Shown: positions 55,387 through 64,000 of the stretch, piece by piece
Numbering within the stretch: position 1 is the first letter of the stretch
Layout: each line of letters opens with the position of its first letter
Assembly (NCBI GenBank): GCA_905233625.1
Contig: CAJOFJ010000005.1
Location: 119-64,118 of the forward strand
Direction of reading: 5' to 3'
Source: an uncultured Bacteroidales bacterium
GTDB lineage: Bacteria; Bacteroidota; Bacteroidia; Bacteroidales; WCHB1-69
Length of the DNA: 64,000 bases
Program-made: the position numbers and the translations under genes
The notes under the pieces: generated by a model
What the model saw: the letters and a program-made list of their open reading frames with translations, nothing else
What the model was told of the DNA's origin: nothing
Database searches by the model: none

Positions 55387-55489
55387 GAGACGGGGCACGC
55401 CTTTTTTATTTTGAGACGGGGCACGCCTTTTTTATTTTGAGACGGGGCACGCCTTTTTTATTTTGAGACGGGGCACGCCCCGTCTCTAC
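55387..55489. repeat. Tandem repeat: 3 x 26 bp (gagacggggcacgccttttttatttt) followed by the complete palindrome gagacggggcacgccccgtctc+tac
   Basis: Units at 55387-55412, 55413-55438, 55439-55464. Full hairpin at 55465-55489, immediately after the gyrA stop (55494). Confidence 0.9.
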
Positions 55490-55493
55490 ATGG

Positions 55494-58070
55494 TTATTCG
55501 TTGGTGTTGGTTTCTTCAGTTTCTTCGACTGGATTTTCGGTCTCGGGATTAATCACCTCACCTTCGCTTCCCTCTGCAGGAATTCCTTCTGCGGGAGCAC
55601 CTTCTGCGCCCTCCTCTTCCTCATCATCGGCACGAGGCACACGGGAAACAGCGGCTATGGCATCCTTGGCACCCAAGTTGATGAGGCGCACACCCTGGGT
55701 GGCACGACCCAGCACTCTGATGGTATCCACATGCAGACGGATGGCGATACCCGACTTGTTGATAATCATCAGGTCGTCCTCGTCGGTCACCTTATTGATG
55801 GCAATCAGACCGCCGGTCTTTTCCGTGATGTTGATGGTCTTCACACCCTTACCGCCACGGTTGGTAATACGGTAATCATCTACCACAGAACGTTTTCCAT
55901 AACCATTCTCGGAAACCACCATCACATTGCATTCGGGCTCATCCAAGCAGATGATACCCACCACGCGGTCATCTTCGTTGGCCAGAGTAGCACCCTTCAC
56001 ACCCGAAGCGTTACGACCCATCGGACGCACGGTCTGCTCATTGAAACGCACAGCCTTGCCGGATTTCAGTGCCAGCATCACCTCGTTGCTGCCATTGGTC
56101 AAGCAGGCATCCAGCAGGTGGTCGCCCTCGCGAACCGAGATAGCGATGATACCATTGGCTCTCGGACGGGAATAAGCCTCCAAAGAAGTCTTTTTGATGA
56201 TACCCTTTTCGGAGCAGAGGATGATATAGTTGTTGTTGATATAGTTCTCATCCGTCAAATCCTTCACATTGATGACAGCCTTGATCTTATCGTCACCATC
56301 AATGTTGATCAGGTTCTGGATTGCACGACCCTTGGAAGTCTTGGCACCTTCCGGAATCTCGAACACTCTCAACCAGAAGCACTTGCCCTTCTCCGTAAAG
56401 AAGAGCATGTAATTATGGTTGGTTGCGATATACAACTTCTCGATGAAGTCCTCCTCGCGGGAGCTGCTGCCCTTGGAGCCACGTCCGCCACGATTCTGGG
56501 CGCGGTACTCGCTCAACAAGGTACGTTTGATATAACCCAAATGGGAGATGGTAATCACCACTTCTGAATCAGCAAAGTTATCCTCGATCTTGAAGTCAGA
56601 TGAAGCGGAATACTCAATTCTGGACAGACGCTCGTCACCATATTTGGCCTTCATTTCCAGCACTTCTTCCTTCACCACCTGCATACGCATGTGCTCGTCG
56701 GCAATCAAAGCGCGCAGATACTCAATACGTTTCATCAGTTCGTCATACTCGTTCTGCAGTTTGTCTCGTTCGAGTCCGGTAAGCTGACGGAGACGCATCT
56801 CGACGATAGCAGCGGCCTGGATTTCGGAGAAATCATACTGGGTCATCAAACCTGTCTTGGCTTCATCCACAGACTTGGAGGCACGGATCAAGGCGATAAT
56901 CTCATCGATAATATCCAGTGCTTTCAGCAAGCCTTCCAAGATATGGGCGCGGGCCTCGGCTTTCTTCAGGTCGAACTGGGCGCGGCGCAACACCACAGAG
57001 TGACGATGTTTCACGTATTCGGCAATCAGTTCCTTGAGGTTCAAGGTCATAGGACGACCATTGACCAGTGCCACATTGTTCACGCTGAATGAAGCCTGCA
57101 GGGAAGTATATTGGTAAAGTTTGTTCAGTACCACATTGGCTACGGCCTCACGTTTCAGGTCGTAAACAATACGGGTACCGTTACGTTTGTTAGTCAGGTT
57201 TTCAATATTGGTGATGCCTTCAATCTTGCCCTCTTTCACCAGCTCAGCGGTACGCTTGATCATCTCGGAGGGATTGGTCATATATGGCAGGGAAGTCACC
57301 ACAATTTTGCTCTTGCCGTCATGGTCCTCAATTTCCGCATCGCCACGCATCACGATACGGCCACGGCCGGTCTCAAAAGCCTCGCGCACGCCGTCGTAAC
57401 CATAAATCGTACAGCCACTTGGAAAATCAGGAGCCTTGATATACTGCATCAATTCTGAAACGGTGATTTCAGGATTGTCGATATAAGCAGCGATACCGTC
57501 ACAGACTTCGGAGAGGTTGTGAGGCGGCATGTTGGTCGCCATACCCACGGCGATACCGGAAGAGCCGTTCACCAGCAGAGCGGGGATTTTGGAGGGCAGC
57601 ACTGTCGGTTCCTCGAGGGAGTCGTCGAAGTTAAGGCTCATATCAACAGTATCCTTCTCGATATCAGCAAGCATCTCCTCGGCCATCTTGCGGAGGCGAG
57701 CCTCGGTGTAACGCATAGCGGCGGGGCTGTCACCATCGACGGAGCCGAAGTTACCCTGGCCATCCACGAAGGGGTAGCGCAGTGACCACGGCTGGGCCAT
57801 ACGCACCATGGCGTCATAGACGGCGGTGTCACCGTGCGGGTGGTACTTACCCAGCACCTCACCCACGATTCTCGCTGATTTCTTGTAGGGCTTGCCGGCG
57901 ACAATACCCATATCCCACATTGCATATAAAATTCTTCTATGGACCGGTTTCATACCATCCCTTGCATCCGGTAAAGCACGCGCCACGATAACTGACATCG
58001 AGTAGTCAATATAGGCGGTTTTCATCTGGTTTTCGATGTTTACCCGTACAATTTTTTCTCCTTCTGCCAT
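55494..58070 (-). CDS. gyrA: DNA gyrase subunit A
   Basis: [50 protein letters not shown]. Acidic C-terminal tail. Confidence 0.97.
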   Translation of the reverse strand: MAEGEKIVRVNIENQMKTAYIDYSMSVIVARALPDARDGMKPVHRRILYAMWDMGIVAGKPYKKSARIVGEVLGKYHPHGDTAVYDAMVRMAQPWSLRYPFVDGQGNFGSVDGDSPAAMRYTEARLRKMAEEMLADIEKDTVDMSLNFDDSLEEPTVLPSKIPALLVNGSSGIAVGMATNMPPHNLSEVCDGIAAYIDNPEITVSELMQYIKAPDFPSGCTIYGYDGVREAFETGRGRIVMRGDAEIEDHDGKSKIVVTSLPYMTNPSEMIKRTAELVKEGKIEGITNIENLTNKRNGTRIVYDLKREAVANVVLNKLYQYTSLQASFSVNNVALVNGRPMTLNLKELIAEYVKHRHSVVLRRAQFDLKKAEARAHILEGLLKALDIIDEIIALIRASKSVDEAKTGLMTQYDFSEIQAAAIVEMRLRQLTGLERDKLQNEYDELMKRIEYLRALIADEHMRMQVVKEEVLEMKAKYGDERLSRIEYSASSDFKIEDNFADSEVVITISHLGYIKRTLLSEYRAQNRGGRGSKGSSSREEDFIEKLYIATNHNYMLFFTEKGKCFWLRVFEIPEGAKTSKGRAIQNLINIDGDDKIKAVINVKDLTDENYINNNYIILCSEKGIIKKTSLEAYSRPRANGIIAISVREGDHLLDACLTNGSNEVMLALKSGKAVRFNEQTVRPMGRNASGVKGATLANEDDRVVGIICLDEPECNVMVVSENGYGKRSVVDDYRITNRGGKGVKTINITEKTGGLIAINKVTDEDDLMIINKSGIAIRLHVDTIRVLGRATQGVRLINLGAKDAIAAVSRVPRADDEEEEGAEGAPAEGIPAEGSEGEVINPETENPVEETEETNTNE

Positions 58071-58213
58071 TTTTTCTCTTTTTTTTGATTTTTATGCTTC
58101 TTTAAATATTTTAATATCAATTAGTTAGATTAAAATCTACGAAAAGATAAAAATACAAAAAAATTCGATAGGTTCGGCAGGAAAGGGGAAGTTTTTTTCA
58201 AGGATTTATCAAC

Positions 58214-58262
58214 AAGCTATGAGCTATGAGCTGTGAGCTGTGAGCTATGGGCTGTGAGCGGT
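58214..58262. repeat. Heptamer array (GAGCTRT x7)
   Basis: aagctat gagctat gagctgt gagctgt gagctat gggctgt gagcggt, between the gyrA start and the ldcA stop. Confidence 0.85.
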
Positions 58263-58271
58263 CCTCCCTGA

Positions 58272-59228
58272 TCACTCAAACACCAGTGTGCAGCGTTTGG
58301 GCGTGATGGTCAAGGTGGCGGGGCAGCCGAGACGGAGGGCATAATGGCATCCACCGTGACCCGCAGGAAAGTCAAAGCAAACCGGATAATCATACTTTCC
58401 GCAGAGCTCCATAATCACAGCTTCCAAGGTAGTGTCGTAGAAATAATCGTCCACCTTGATTTTTGTCATGCCACCCACTATCAGTCCCTTCAGATTTTTC
58501 AGTTTTCCCGCACGATCCAAGGCCACCAACATACGATGGATATGGTAAATATTCTCGCCCACATCTTCGATAAACAATATCTTGCCATCGGTATTGATGG
58601 ACGACACCGACTCCAGCATGGAGTACAAAAGCGAGAGGTTGCCACCTACCACTGGTGCCGTGGCTTTACCCGTACGATTATGGGCGTTAGGGGCAAACTC
58701 ATAGTGCAACGGCTTACCTTTCAGGGCTTTAATCAACGACAGATTATACTTATTCTCCAAATCTTCCGCTTTCATGGTGATAGGCATCACGCTGTGCAAA
58801 GTAGGATAACCCAGTGTATGCAAATGGGAATGAAAAGCTGTGATATCGCTGAAACCGCATATCCACTTGGGATGCTGGCGGAATGCCGTGAAATCAAGAC
58901 TATCTAACAGGCTGACCGCACCATAACCGCCACGGACACAAACAATTGCCTTTACCTGAGGGTTATCCAACATTCGCTGAACCTCAGCGGTTCTTTGCGC
59001 GACTGTCCCCGCAAAACCTGACGACTCCAGAAAGACCTCCTCTGGAACAATCACATAAAAACCTTTATCCTGAAAAAAACTCAAGGCCGGCATAAGATCA
59101 GTGGAATCAATTTTTGCAGACGGAGCCACAAAGGCGACGGTGTCGCCCGCATGCAGTCGGGGCATCTCCTGTGCGCACAACAGCTCTGCCAACGACAAAA
59201 CCACAACGAACAAAAGGACTTTCTTCAT
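58272..59228 (-). CDS. ldcA: LD-carboxypeptidase (peptidase S66)
   Basis: GDTVAFVAPS, VCVRGGYGA, ICGFSDITAFH. ATG at 59228 (the track start at 59231 is GTG). Signal peptide. Confidence 0.85.
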   Translation of the reverse strand: MKKVLLFVVVLSLAELLCAQEMPRLHAGDTVAFVAPSAKIDSTDLMPALSFFQDKGFYVIVPEEVFLESSGFAGTVAQRTAEVQRMLDNPQVKAIVCVRGGYGAVSLLDSLDFTAFRQHPKWICGFSDITAFHSHLHTLGYPTLHSVMPITMKAEDLENKYNLSLIKALKGKPLHYEFAPNAHNRTGKATAPVVGGNLSLLYSMLESVSSINTDGKILFIEDVGENIYHIHRMLVALDRAGKLKNLKGLIVGGMTKIKVDDYFYDTTLEAVIMELCGKYDYPVCFDFPAGHGGCHYALRLGCPATLTITPKRCTLVFE

Positions 59229-59272
59229 CACAACTTCTTCGCTTTTAGTATTTATAACAACAAACTAATAAT

Positions 59273-59363
59273 CGACCAATTAACCAATTTACCAATTACT
59301 AATTTGCTAATTAACCAATTTGCTAATTTGCTAATTAACCAATTTGCTAATTTGCAAATTAAA
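59273..59363. repeat. 8-nt periodic array (TTAACCAA / TTTGCTAA units)
   Basis: ttaaccaa tttaccaa ttactaa tttgctaa ttaaccaa tttgctaa tttgctaa ttaaccaa tttgctaa tttgcaaa. It overlaps the last ~11 codons of the esterase ORF. Confidence 0.85.
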
Positions 59364-61046
59364 ACCAGCTTCGTTGTTCAGCAGACCTGAAACGGACAAC
59401 TTATGGGCAGGAGCTTCCTGGAAAAGGCGGATTTCGATTTCGTCAGGACTCTGGGACAGGATTACGCCACCCTGCAATTCCCAGTTCGAGTGTTTCACTT
59501 CCGAAGAGGTCACATGATAAGAACCAAGTCCTCTCTTCTTCAGTTTCACATCATAAATCAAGTCATCATACAAAAACGCCGTCATCTTTTCCTGAATAAA
59601 ATAATACACCTCATTCAATTTTCTGTCTTCCCCCTTCCATGGAGCATGATCCATGTCTTCCAAGGGATAGAATTTATGATGTACATTTTTCCCTTTCAGC
59701 ACCTCATGAATCTCATGAGAGCCATACATCTCATCAAAATACAAACTGCTGAGTTTCCCTTTTCCGTTTTTACCATTCAGCTGGACAAAAGGATAACCTT
59801 TATAGCAAGGCACAACCTTATCGGCGGTACCATGAAACGACACGATGGATATCGGATGTGCTATCACATCATCAATTTCGTACAAGGCTCCCCACATGTT
59901 GACCAAGCCCCTTATTTTCACCTTGTCCGTATAACTATTTCCCGAACTGTTCAGCGAACCGAATTTCCCTGCGAAATGCTTCTTCAGTGTGGATTTCGGG
60001 CGGCTTTCATCCGTCATGTACACCATACTCATGGCCGTGATGGAGCCCGCACTGGAACCCCCGATATACATCCATTCCTTGTCAATCCTATATTTCTCCG
60101 CAAAATGACTCAGGTAACGCATGGCCGCGTGGGCATCCTGAATGGCTTTGAACGCACAGCGTTGGATAGAAGCTTTCGACATCTCGAAGCCCATACGATA
60201 ATTGAGGGACACCGCCACATAACCCAACGAAGCCAGATGGGTGCATTGGGCAATCATCTCACTCTCATGCTTGTCGCCAAAGAAGAAAGCCCCGCCGTGA
60301 ATCAACACCACCAAGGGACGTTTCGTCAAGCTGTCCCCACGCGGAGTGTAAATATCCATGGTCAGGTCCAGATCCTTTTGATTAGAGGCCTTGAAAACAT
60401 ACGGCAGCAGCGTCTGGGCATAGCTTTTGTCTTCAGGAATAGACAATGAAGTCCACGGACCTACGGCATGACCATATACCACATCTTTTTCACAGTCCAC
60501 CTCAAACAAAGGTTTCCGATAGCGATATGACGACAGCGTATCCTTTGTCTTTTCGCCATATTTCCGAAAAGAGAAATATGTCAAATTATCCCGATTCAAA
60601 TTGACTTTGACACAGCGATTAGCCTGAAGCGCCCCATTCACCTCTTCCGCATTATACTGGTATTTCATGTCAAAGAACAGCTCTTTTCCCCCGCCGGCAG
60701 ACCAACGGTAATCCGAGCCATCGGTCTCCACCAAAACTGTAAACGGCTTCGCCTGCATGTACAAGTTGCTGGTATCCACCACATAATACATTCCCTCCAG
60801 CTTCTCCTTGGAGCTAAAGCCCACTTTAATGACGCACTGGGTTTGGCCGACATTACCGATGTAGAGATCTCCCGTTTTCAGCACACACAAATGGGCGGGT
60901 TCATCAGGATTCACCACATTTACGGAATCACCTCCCGCCAGTTCCTCCAATTGGACTTGTTTGTCCACTTTCTTTTTCCGCTCACAAGAATTCGCAAGCG
61001 TTAAAAAAGCTAAAAACAGGATAAGAAGCAGTCGTCTATTTAACAT
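59331..61046 (-). CDS. Alpha/beta-hydrolase (HGG-type esterase/lipase) with N-terminal extra domain, lipoprotein signal
   Basis: LFLAFLTLANSC, VLIHGGAFFFGDK, IGGSSAGS (GxSxG), MDHAPW. The C-terminal NLQISKLVN is encoded by the repeat array. Confidence 0.85.
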   Translation of the reverse strand: MLNRRLLLILFLAFLTLANSCERKKKVDKQVQLEELAGGDSVNVVNPDEPAHLCVLKTGDLYIGNVGQTQCVIKVGFSSKEKLEGMYYVVDTSNLYMQAKPFTVLVETDGSDYRWSAGGGKELFFDMKYQYNAEEVNGALQANRCVKVNLNRDNLTYFSFRKYGEKTKDTLSSYRYRKPLFEVDCEKDVVYGHAVGPWTSLSIPEDKSYAQTLLPYVFKASNQKDLDLTMDIYTPRGDSLTKRPLVVLIHGGAFFFGDKHESEMIAQCTHLASLGYVAVSLNYRMGFEMSKASIQRCAFKAIQDAHAAMRYLSHFAEKYRIDKEWMYIGGSSAGSITAMSMVYMTDESRPKSTLKKHFAGKFGSLNSSGNSYTDKVKIRGLVNMWGALYEIDDVIAHPISIVSFHGTADKVVPCYKGYPFVQLNGKNGKGKLSSLYFDEMYGSHEIHEVLKGKNVHHKFYPLEDMDHAPWKGEDRKLNEVYYFIQEKMTAFLYDDLIYDVKLKKRGLGSYHVTSSEVKHSNWELQGGVILSQSPDEIEIRLFQEAPAHKLSVSGLLNNEAGFNLQISKLVN

Positions 61047-61689
61047 TTTTTAATTGGCTGATAATATCTTTCGGATTTTCTTTGGAAAAAATAGCGCTAC
61101 CTGCCACCAGCACATCAGCGCCGGCATCCACTAAGGCCTGGGCATTAGACAGATCCACGCCACCATCCACCTCAATCAGGCACTCGGATTTGTTGCGTTT
61201 GATCATCGCCTTCAGCTCGGCCACGCGATGCAAGCTGCGCTCGATGAAACGCTGTCCGCCAAAACCGGGGTTCACTGACATGATCAGGACCATATCCACA
61301 TCATTGATGACATCCTCCAGGCCTGCGACTGGCGTGTGAGGATTCAATGCAACCCCAGCCAGCATATCGGCATTCTTAATCTGGTATATCGTACGATGCA
61401 AATGGGTGCATGCCTCCCAATGAACGGTCAGTATGTCGGCTCCCATTTCCTTGAAGCGCTCCACATAGCGTTCAGGCTGCACAATCATCAGATGCACATC
61501 GAGAGGTTTCTCCGCCTGTGAGCGGATAGCCTTCACCAGCGGCATACCATAGGAGATGTTGGGGACAAAGACGCCGTCCATGATATCCAAGTGGAACCAG
61601 TCGGCAGCCGATTCATTCACCATCTGTATATCTTTAGCCAGATGGCAGAAATCAGCGGAAAGCATTGAAGGAGAGATTAAGGGGGACAT
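61036..61689 (-). CDS. rpe: Ribulose-phosphate 3-epimerase
   Basis: ATG 61689 gives MSPLISPSMLSADF..., HLDIMDGVFVPNISYG, MSVNPGFGGQ. The track start at 61728 is an extension into the repeat array. Confidence 0.93.
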   Translation of the reverse strand: MSPLISPSMLSADFCHLAKDIQMVNESAADWFHLDIMDGVFVPNISYGMPLVKAIRSQAEKPLDVHLMIVQPERYVERFKEMGADILTVHWEACTHLHRTIYQIKNADMLAGVALNPHTPVAGLEDVINDVDMVLIMSVNPGFGGQRFIERSLHRVAELKAMIKRNKSECLIEVDGGVDLSNAQALVDAGADVLVAGSAIFSKENPKDIISQLKNVK

Positions 61690-61692
61690 TTT

Positions 61693-61800
61693 CAATTTAC
61701 AGTTAACAATTAACAATTTAGAATTCAAAGTTCAAAGTTCAAAATTCAAAGTTCCATCTTACCTATTTAATTTGGATTTTGGATTTTGAATTCTGGATTC
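61693..61800. repeat. 108-nt tract of 7-nt periodic arrays (CAATTWA, then TTCAAAG, then GGATTTT flavours)
   Basis: caattta cagttaa caattaa caattta gaattca aagttca aagttca aaattca aagttcc ... atttgga ttttgga ttttgaa ttctgga. Confidence 0.85.
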
Positions 61801-61804
61801 TTTA

Positions 61805-62833
61805 TTATTTCGTGGTCATTTCGCCGCACATGGTGTGTTGCAGCCAGTATTTGACTTCATCGTCGGGCAGTTCGGTACCGAAGAGGTACATCATCTTGGT
61901 AATAGCGGCCTCTGTAGTCATGTCGCCACCGCTGATCACACCACTTTTGTCCAAGCCCACACTGGTCTCGTACAAGCCCATCTTCACGCCGCCACCATCC
62001 TTGCACTGACTGACATTCAGGATGATAATCCCCCGGTCGCTGGCTTCTTTGATCAGGTTCAAGAATTCGGGATCTGACGGTGCATTACCAGCTCCGAATG
62101 TTTCCATTACCACTCCACGCAAGCCAGGTATGGACAATACCGAGCGTACCATATTCTGAGAAATGCCCGGAAAGAGTTTCAGCAAAGCAATATTGTCATT
62201 CAACTCCTTATGCACTCGCAGCGGTTTCTTTTCTGACTGATGGATGAAGAAATCATTGTAATGGATGGTAACACCCACCGTAGCCAGGCGGTGATAATTT
62301 GGGGAAGCGAAAGCGCTAAACTCCTCAGCATTAGCCTTATAAGTTCTATTTCCACGGAATAGAGAATTATCGAAATAGATGCACACCTCCTGAATACGAG
62401 GTTCGCCCGCACACTCGTCAGCGGCAATTTCCACGGCGGTCACAATATTGTCTCGGCCATCGGTACGGAGAGCGCCAAGAGGCAACTGCGAACCGGTGAG
62501 GATCACCGGCTTAGCCAGATTCTCCAGCATAAAGCTAAGGGCCGAGGCGGTATAGGACATGGTATCAGTACCGTGCAGGATGACGAAACCGTCGTATGCT
62601 TTGTAGTTTTCCCCGATCATCGTCGCCAAACGGACCCAGAAAGCGGGATTGGTGTCAGACGAGTCAATCAGTGGCAGCAGTGTTTTGAATTCGATATCGG
62701 CATTGAGCAGTTTCAGCATCGGCAAATGGCTGTAAATATCATTGAATTCAAAAGGTTCGAGGGCACCGCTATCGGGATTATGCAACATGCCGATGGTGCC
62801 GCCGGTATATATCAACAATATCTTTTTCTTCAT
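61805..62833 (-). CDS. ansA: L-asparaginase, type I
   Basis: ATG 62833 gives MKKKILLIYTGGTIGM. HGTDTMSYTA. Confidence 0.9.
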   Translation of the reverse strand: MKKKILLIYTGGTIGMLHNPDSGALEPFEFNDIYSHLPMLKLLNADIEFKTLLPLIDSSDTNPAFWVRLATMIGENYKAYDGFVILHGTDTMSYTASALSFMLENLAKPVILTGSQLPLGALRTDGRDNIVTAVEIAADECAGEPRIQEVCIYFDNSLFRGNRTYKANAEEFSAFASPNYHRLATVGVTIHYNDFFIHQSEKKPLRVHKELNDNIALLKLFPGISQNMVRSVLSIPGLRGVVMETFGAGNAPSDPEFLNLIKEASDRGIIILNVSQCKDGGGVKMGLYETSVGLDKSGVISGGDMTTEAAITKMMYLFGTELPDDEVKYWLQHTMCGEMTTK

Positions 62834-62875
62834 ATTTATTATATTGGAATCGATTTGCAAAAATACGATTTTTTT

Positions 62876-62943
62876 CAATGTGCCAATTAGCAAATGTGCT
62901 AATGTGCCAATTATAAAATCAAAATTCAAAATTCAAAATTCAG
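62876..62943. repeat. 7-nt periodic arrays (GTGCCAA/TTAGCAA flavour, then TTCAAAA x3)
   Basis: caatgtg ccaatta gcaaatg tgctaat gtgccaa ttataaa atcaaaa ttcaaaa ttcaaaa ttcaggg. Confidence 0.85.
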
Positions 62944-62951
62944 GGAGACGC

Positions 62952-62990
62952 AGAAATAAAAAACGGGCAGAGGTTTGCACTTCTGCCCGT
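62952..62990 (-). terminator. Rho-independent terminator of the upstream minus-strand T9SS cargo gene
   Basis: Minus strand: ACGGGCAGA-agtgcaaacc-TCTGCCCGT followed by TTTTTATTT. Confidence 0.75.
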
Positions 62991-63016
62991 TTACACTAAG
63001 TATAATTAAAGAAAAC

Positions 63017-64000
63017 TTATTCTTTCACGATTTTTTTCACCACGATACCTTCTTCAGTCTGCATATTCAGCATATACACCCCTGATGACAGGTCGCTGAC
63101 ATTGATAGTGCTGCCAACGGTGGTAAAGGTTTTCACCAGCTTACCATACACATCATACACATCAATCTGGCTGATTGCCTTGTCATAGTTGATTGTCAAA
63201 ACATCCTTTACAGGATTCGGGAAAATAGCGAGTTCTCCATTTTCAACACGTTCAATTGAACTAGGAGCGGAAGTAGAAGTAATATTAATATTGTCGAGCC
63301 ATATATTGTTGCCATAATTTGAAGTGAAGAGGAACTTCAGCAGGATTCTATCGTTGCCACTAAAACTTGACAGGTCCACTGTTTCTGTCTGATAAGTTGA
63401 TGCAACATAATTAGATGTAGTATTTGACATGGTAGCCAATGCCGAACCGGCTTTATTAAAGACAGGAGTCCATGTCGCGCCACAATCTGATGAAACCAAA
63501 ACTTGCATTCTCTCATTGGAGTTATCATTATATCTGCGATAGCAGTAATCAAAAACAAGCGTAGTACTATCTGTTTCAGAAAGATTTAACATCGGAGAAT
63601 ACAATTCAGCGGTCATACCATTGGAAGCGCTGTATGCGTTAAAAACCAAAGCTCCCTGATGAATAAAACAATATCCATCTGAATGATCCACAAGCATCCA
63701 CGGATCCAAACTAGATGCATTGGCAAAGTTTTGTGCAGCAGATGATACCTGAGAAGATACCTGAGCATTATAAGTCTCGGTGTGAATATTACGCACACTA
63801 CCTTCATCTGCCACGCCATTCACATTAAGGACCTCCACTTGGAAGGTCTGTGTTCCGCTTTCCGTTCCAGTCACCGGGGCCAATGTAACCTGCGTAGTCG
63901 CATACTGAGCCAAATTACCTGTCCAAGGAATATCCTGGACATCCGTGCCATGTGTAAGACGGAAGGTTGCGGAAGTCATATTTGCCGAGCCCACATTCTG
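63017..64000 (-). CDS. Secreted protein with T9SS type-A C-terminal sorting domain, 3' part (ORF probably enters from beyond the right edge)
   Basis: C-terminus LAIFPNPVKDVLTINYDKAISQIDVYDVYGKLVKTFTTVGSTINVSDLSSGVYMLNMQTEEGIVVKKIVKE. The first track codon at 63994 is GTG, and the frame stays open to 64000. Confidence 0.85.
   Translation of the reverse strand, partial: QNVGSANMTSATFRLTHGTDVQDIPWTGNLAQYATTQVTLAPVTGTESGTQTFQVEVLNVNGVADEGSVRNIHTETYNAQVSSQVSSAAQNFANASSLDPWMLVDHSDGYCFIHQGALVFNAYSASNGMTAELYSPMLNLSETDSTTLVFDYCYRRYNDNSNERMQVLVSSDCGATWTPVFNKAGSALATMSNTTSNYVASTYQTETVDLSSFSGNDRILLKFLFTSNYGNNIWLDNINITSTSAPSSIERVENGELAIFPNPVKDVLTINYDKAISQIDVYDVYGKLVKTFTTVGSTINVSDLSSGVYMLNMQTEEGIVVKKIVKE

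Noticed and set aside
55387-55489. Possible CRISPR array (regular 26-bp repeats)
   Set aside because: The units are directly adjacent with no unique spacers. They are only 26 bp including a T-tract, and no cas genes are in the window. This is a tandem repeat of a half-palindrome.
61690-61728. N-terminal extension of rpe (MNSKLLIVNCKLK), and similar extensions of ansA (62834-62929) and the GH29-GH3 gene (33138-33233)
   Set aside because: The extensions are encoded by repeat arrays or AT-rich leader. Conserved protein N-termini or signal peptides begin at the internal ATGs.

Overview
This 64-kb chromosomal segment looks Bacteroidota (Bacteroidales-like). Evidence for that: TAnnTTTG -7 boxes in front of many genes, T9SS type-A and type-B C-terminal sorting domains, and FISUMP/DUF1566 domains. 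I call about 50 protein genes and 2 tRNAs (Leu-GAG, Glu-TTC); there is no rRNA and no CRISPR.

Layout:
- Left end (1-10.9 kb, accessory): a giant SpvB/RHS cocoon-toxin gene that runs off the window. It sits in an apparent minus-strand operon with a lipoprotein and a frame-split T9SS cargo gene. Next to these are a chimeric membrane-LytTR-wHTH gene and an integrase fragment.
- 14-25 kb: a cell-surface cluster (SprB-repeat/FISUMP giant protein, SBBP-PKD adhesin with T9SS type-B CTD, lipoprotein, beta-barrel-like protein).
- Remainder: mostly housekeeping genes (pgi, rsmE, hflX, queA, gyrA, ldcA, rpe, ansA, mltD-like). Some have unusual architectures: a GH29-GH3 fusion, a STAS-kinase fusion, and a DsrC-type CX10C protein in an operon with queA.
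- 48.9-52.8 kb: an islet with an Rpn-family nuclease gene bracketed by two copies of a conserved ~79-nt motif. It also holds a GC-rich, ORF-poor ~350-nt region and a GC-rich Y-family polymerase/YolD pair.

The most striking unexplained signal is a set of small repeat families that recur at gene boundaries and sometimes inside ORFs:
- 7-nt (once 8-nt) periodic arrays;
- GTAG(A/G)GACG...CGTC(T/C)CTAC palindromes;
- a 47-nt double-hairpin element with a compensatory base change between its two copies.

All product calls come from motif recognition by eye. No database search was possible.
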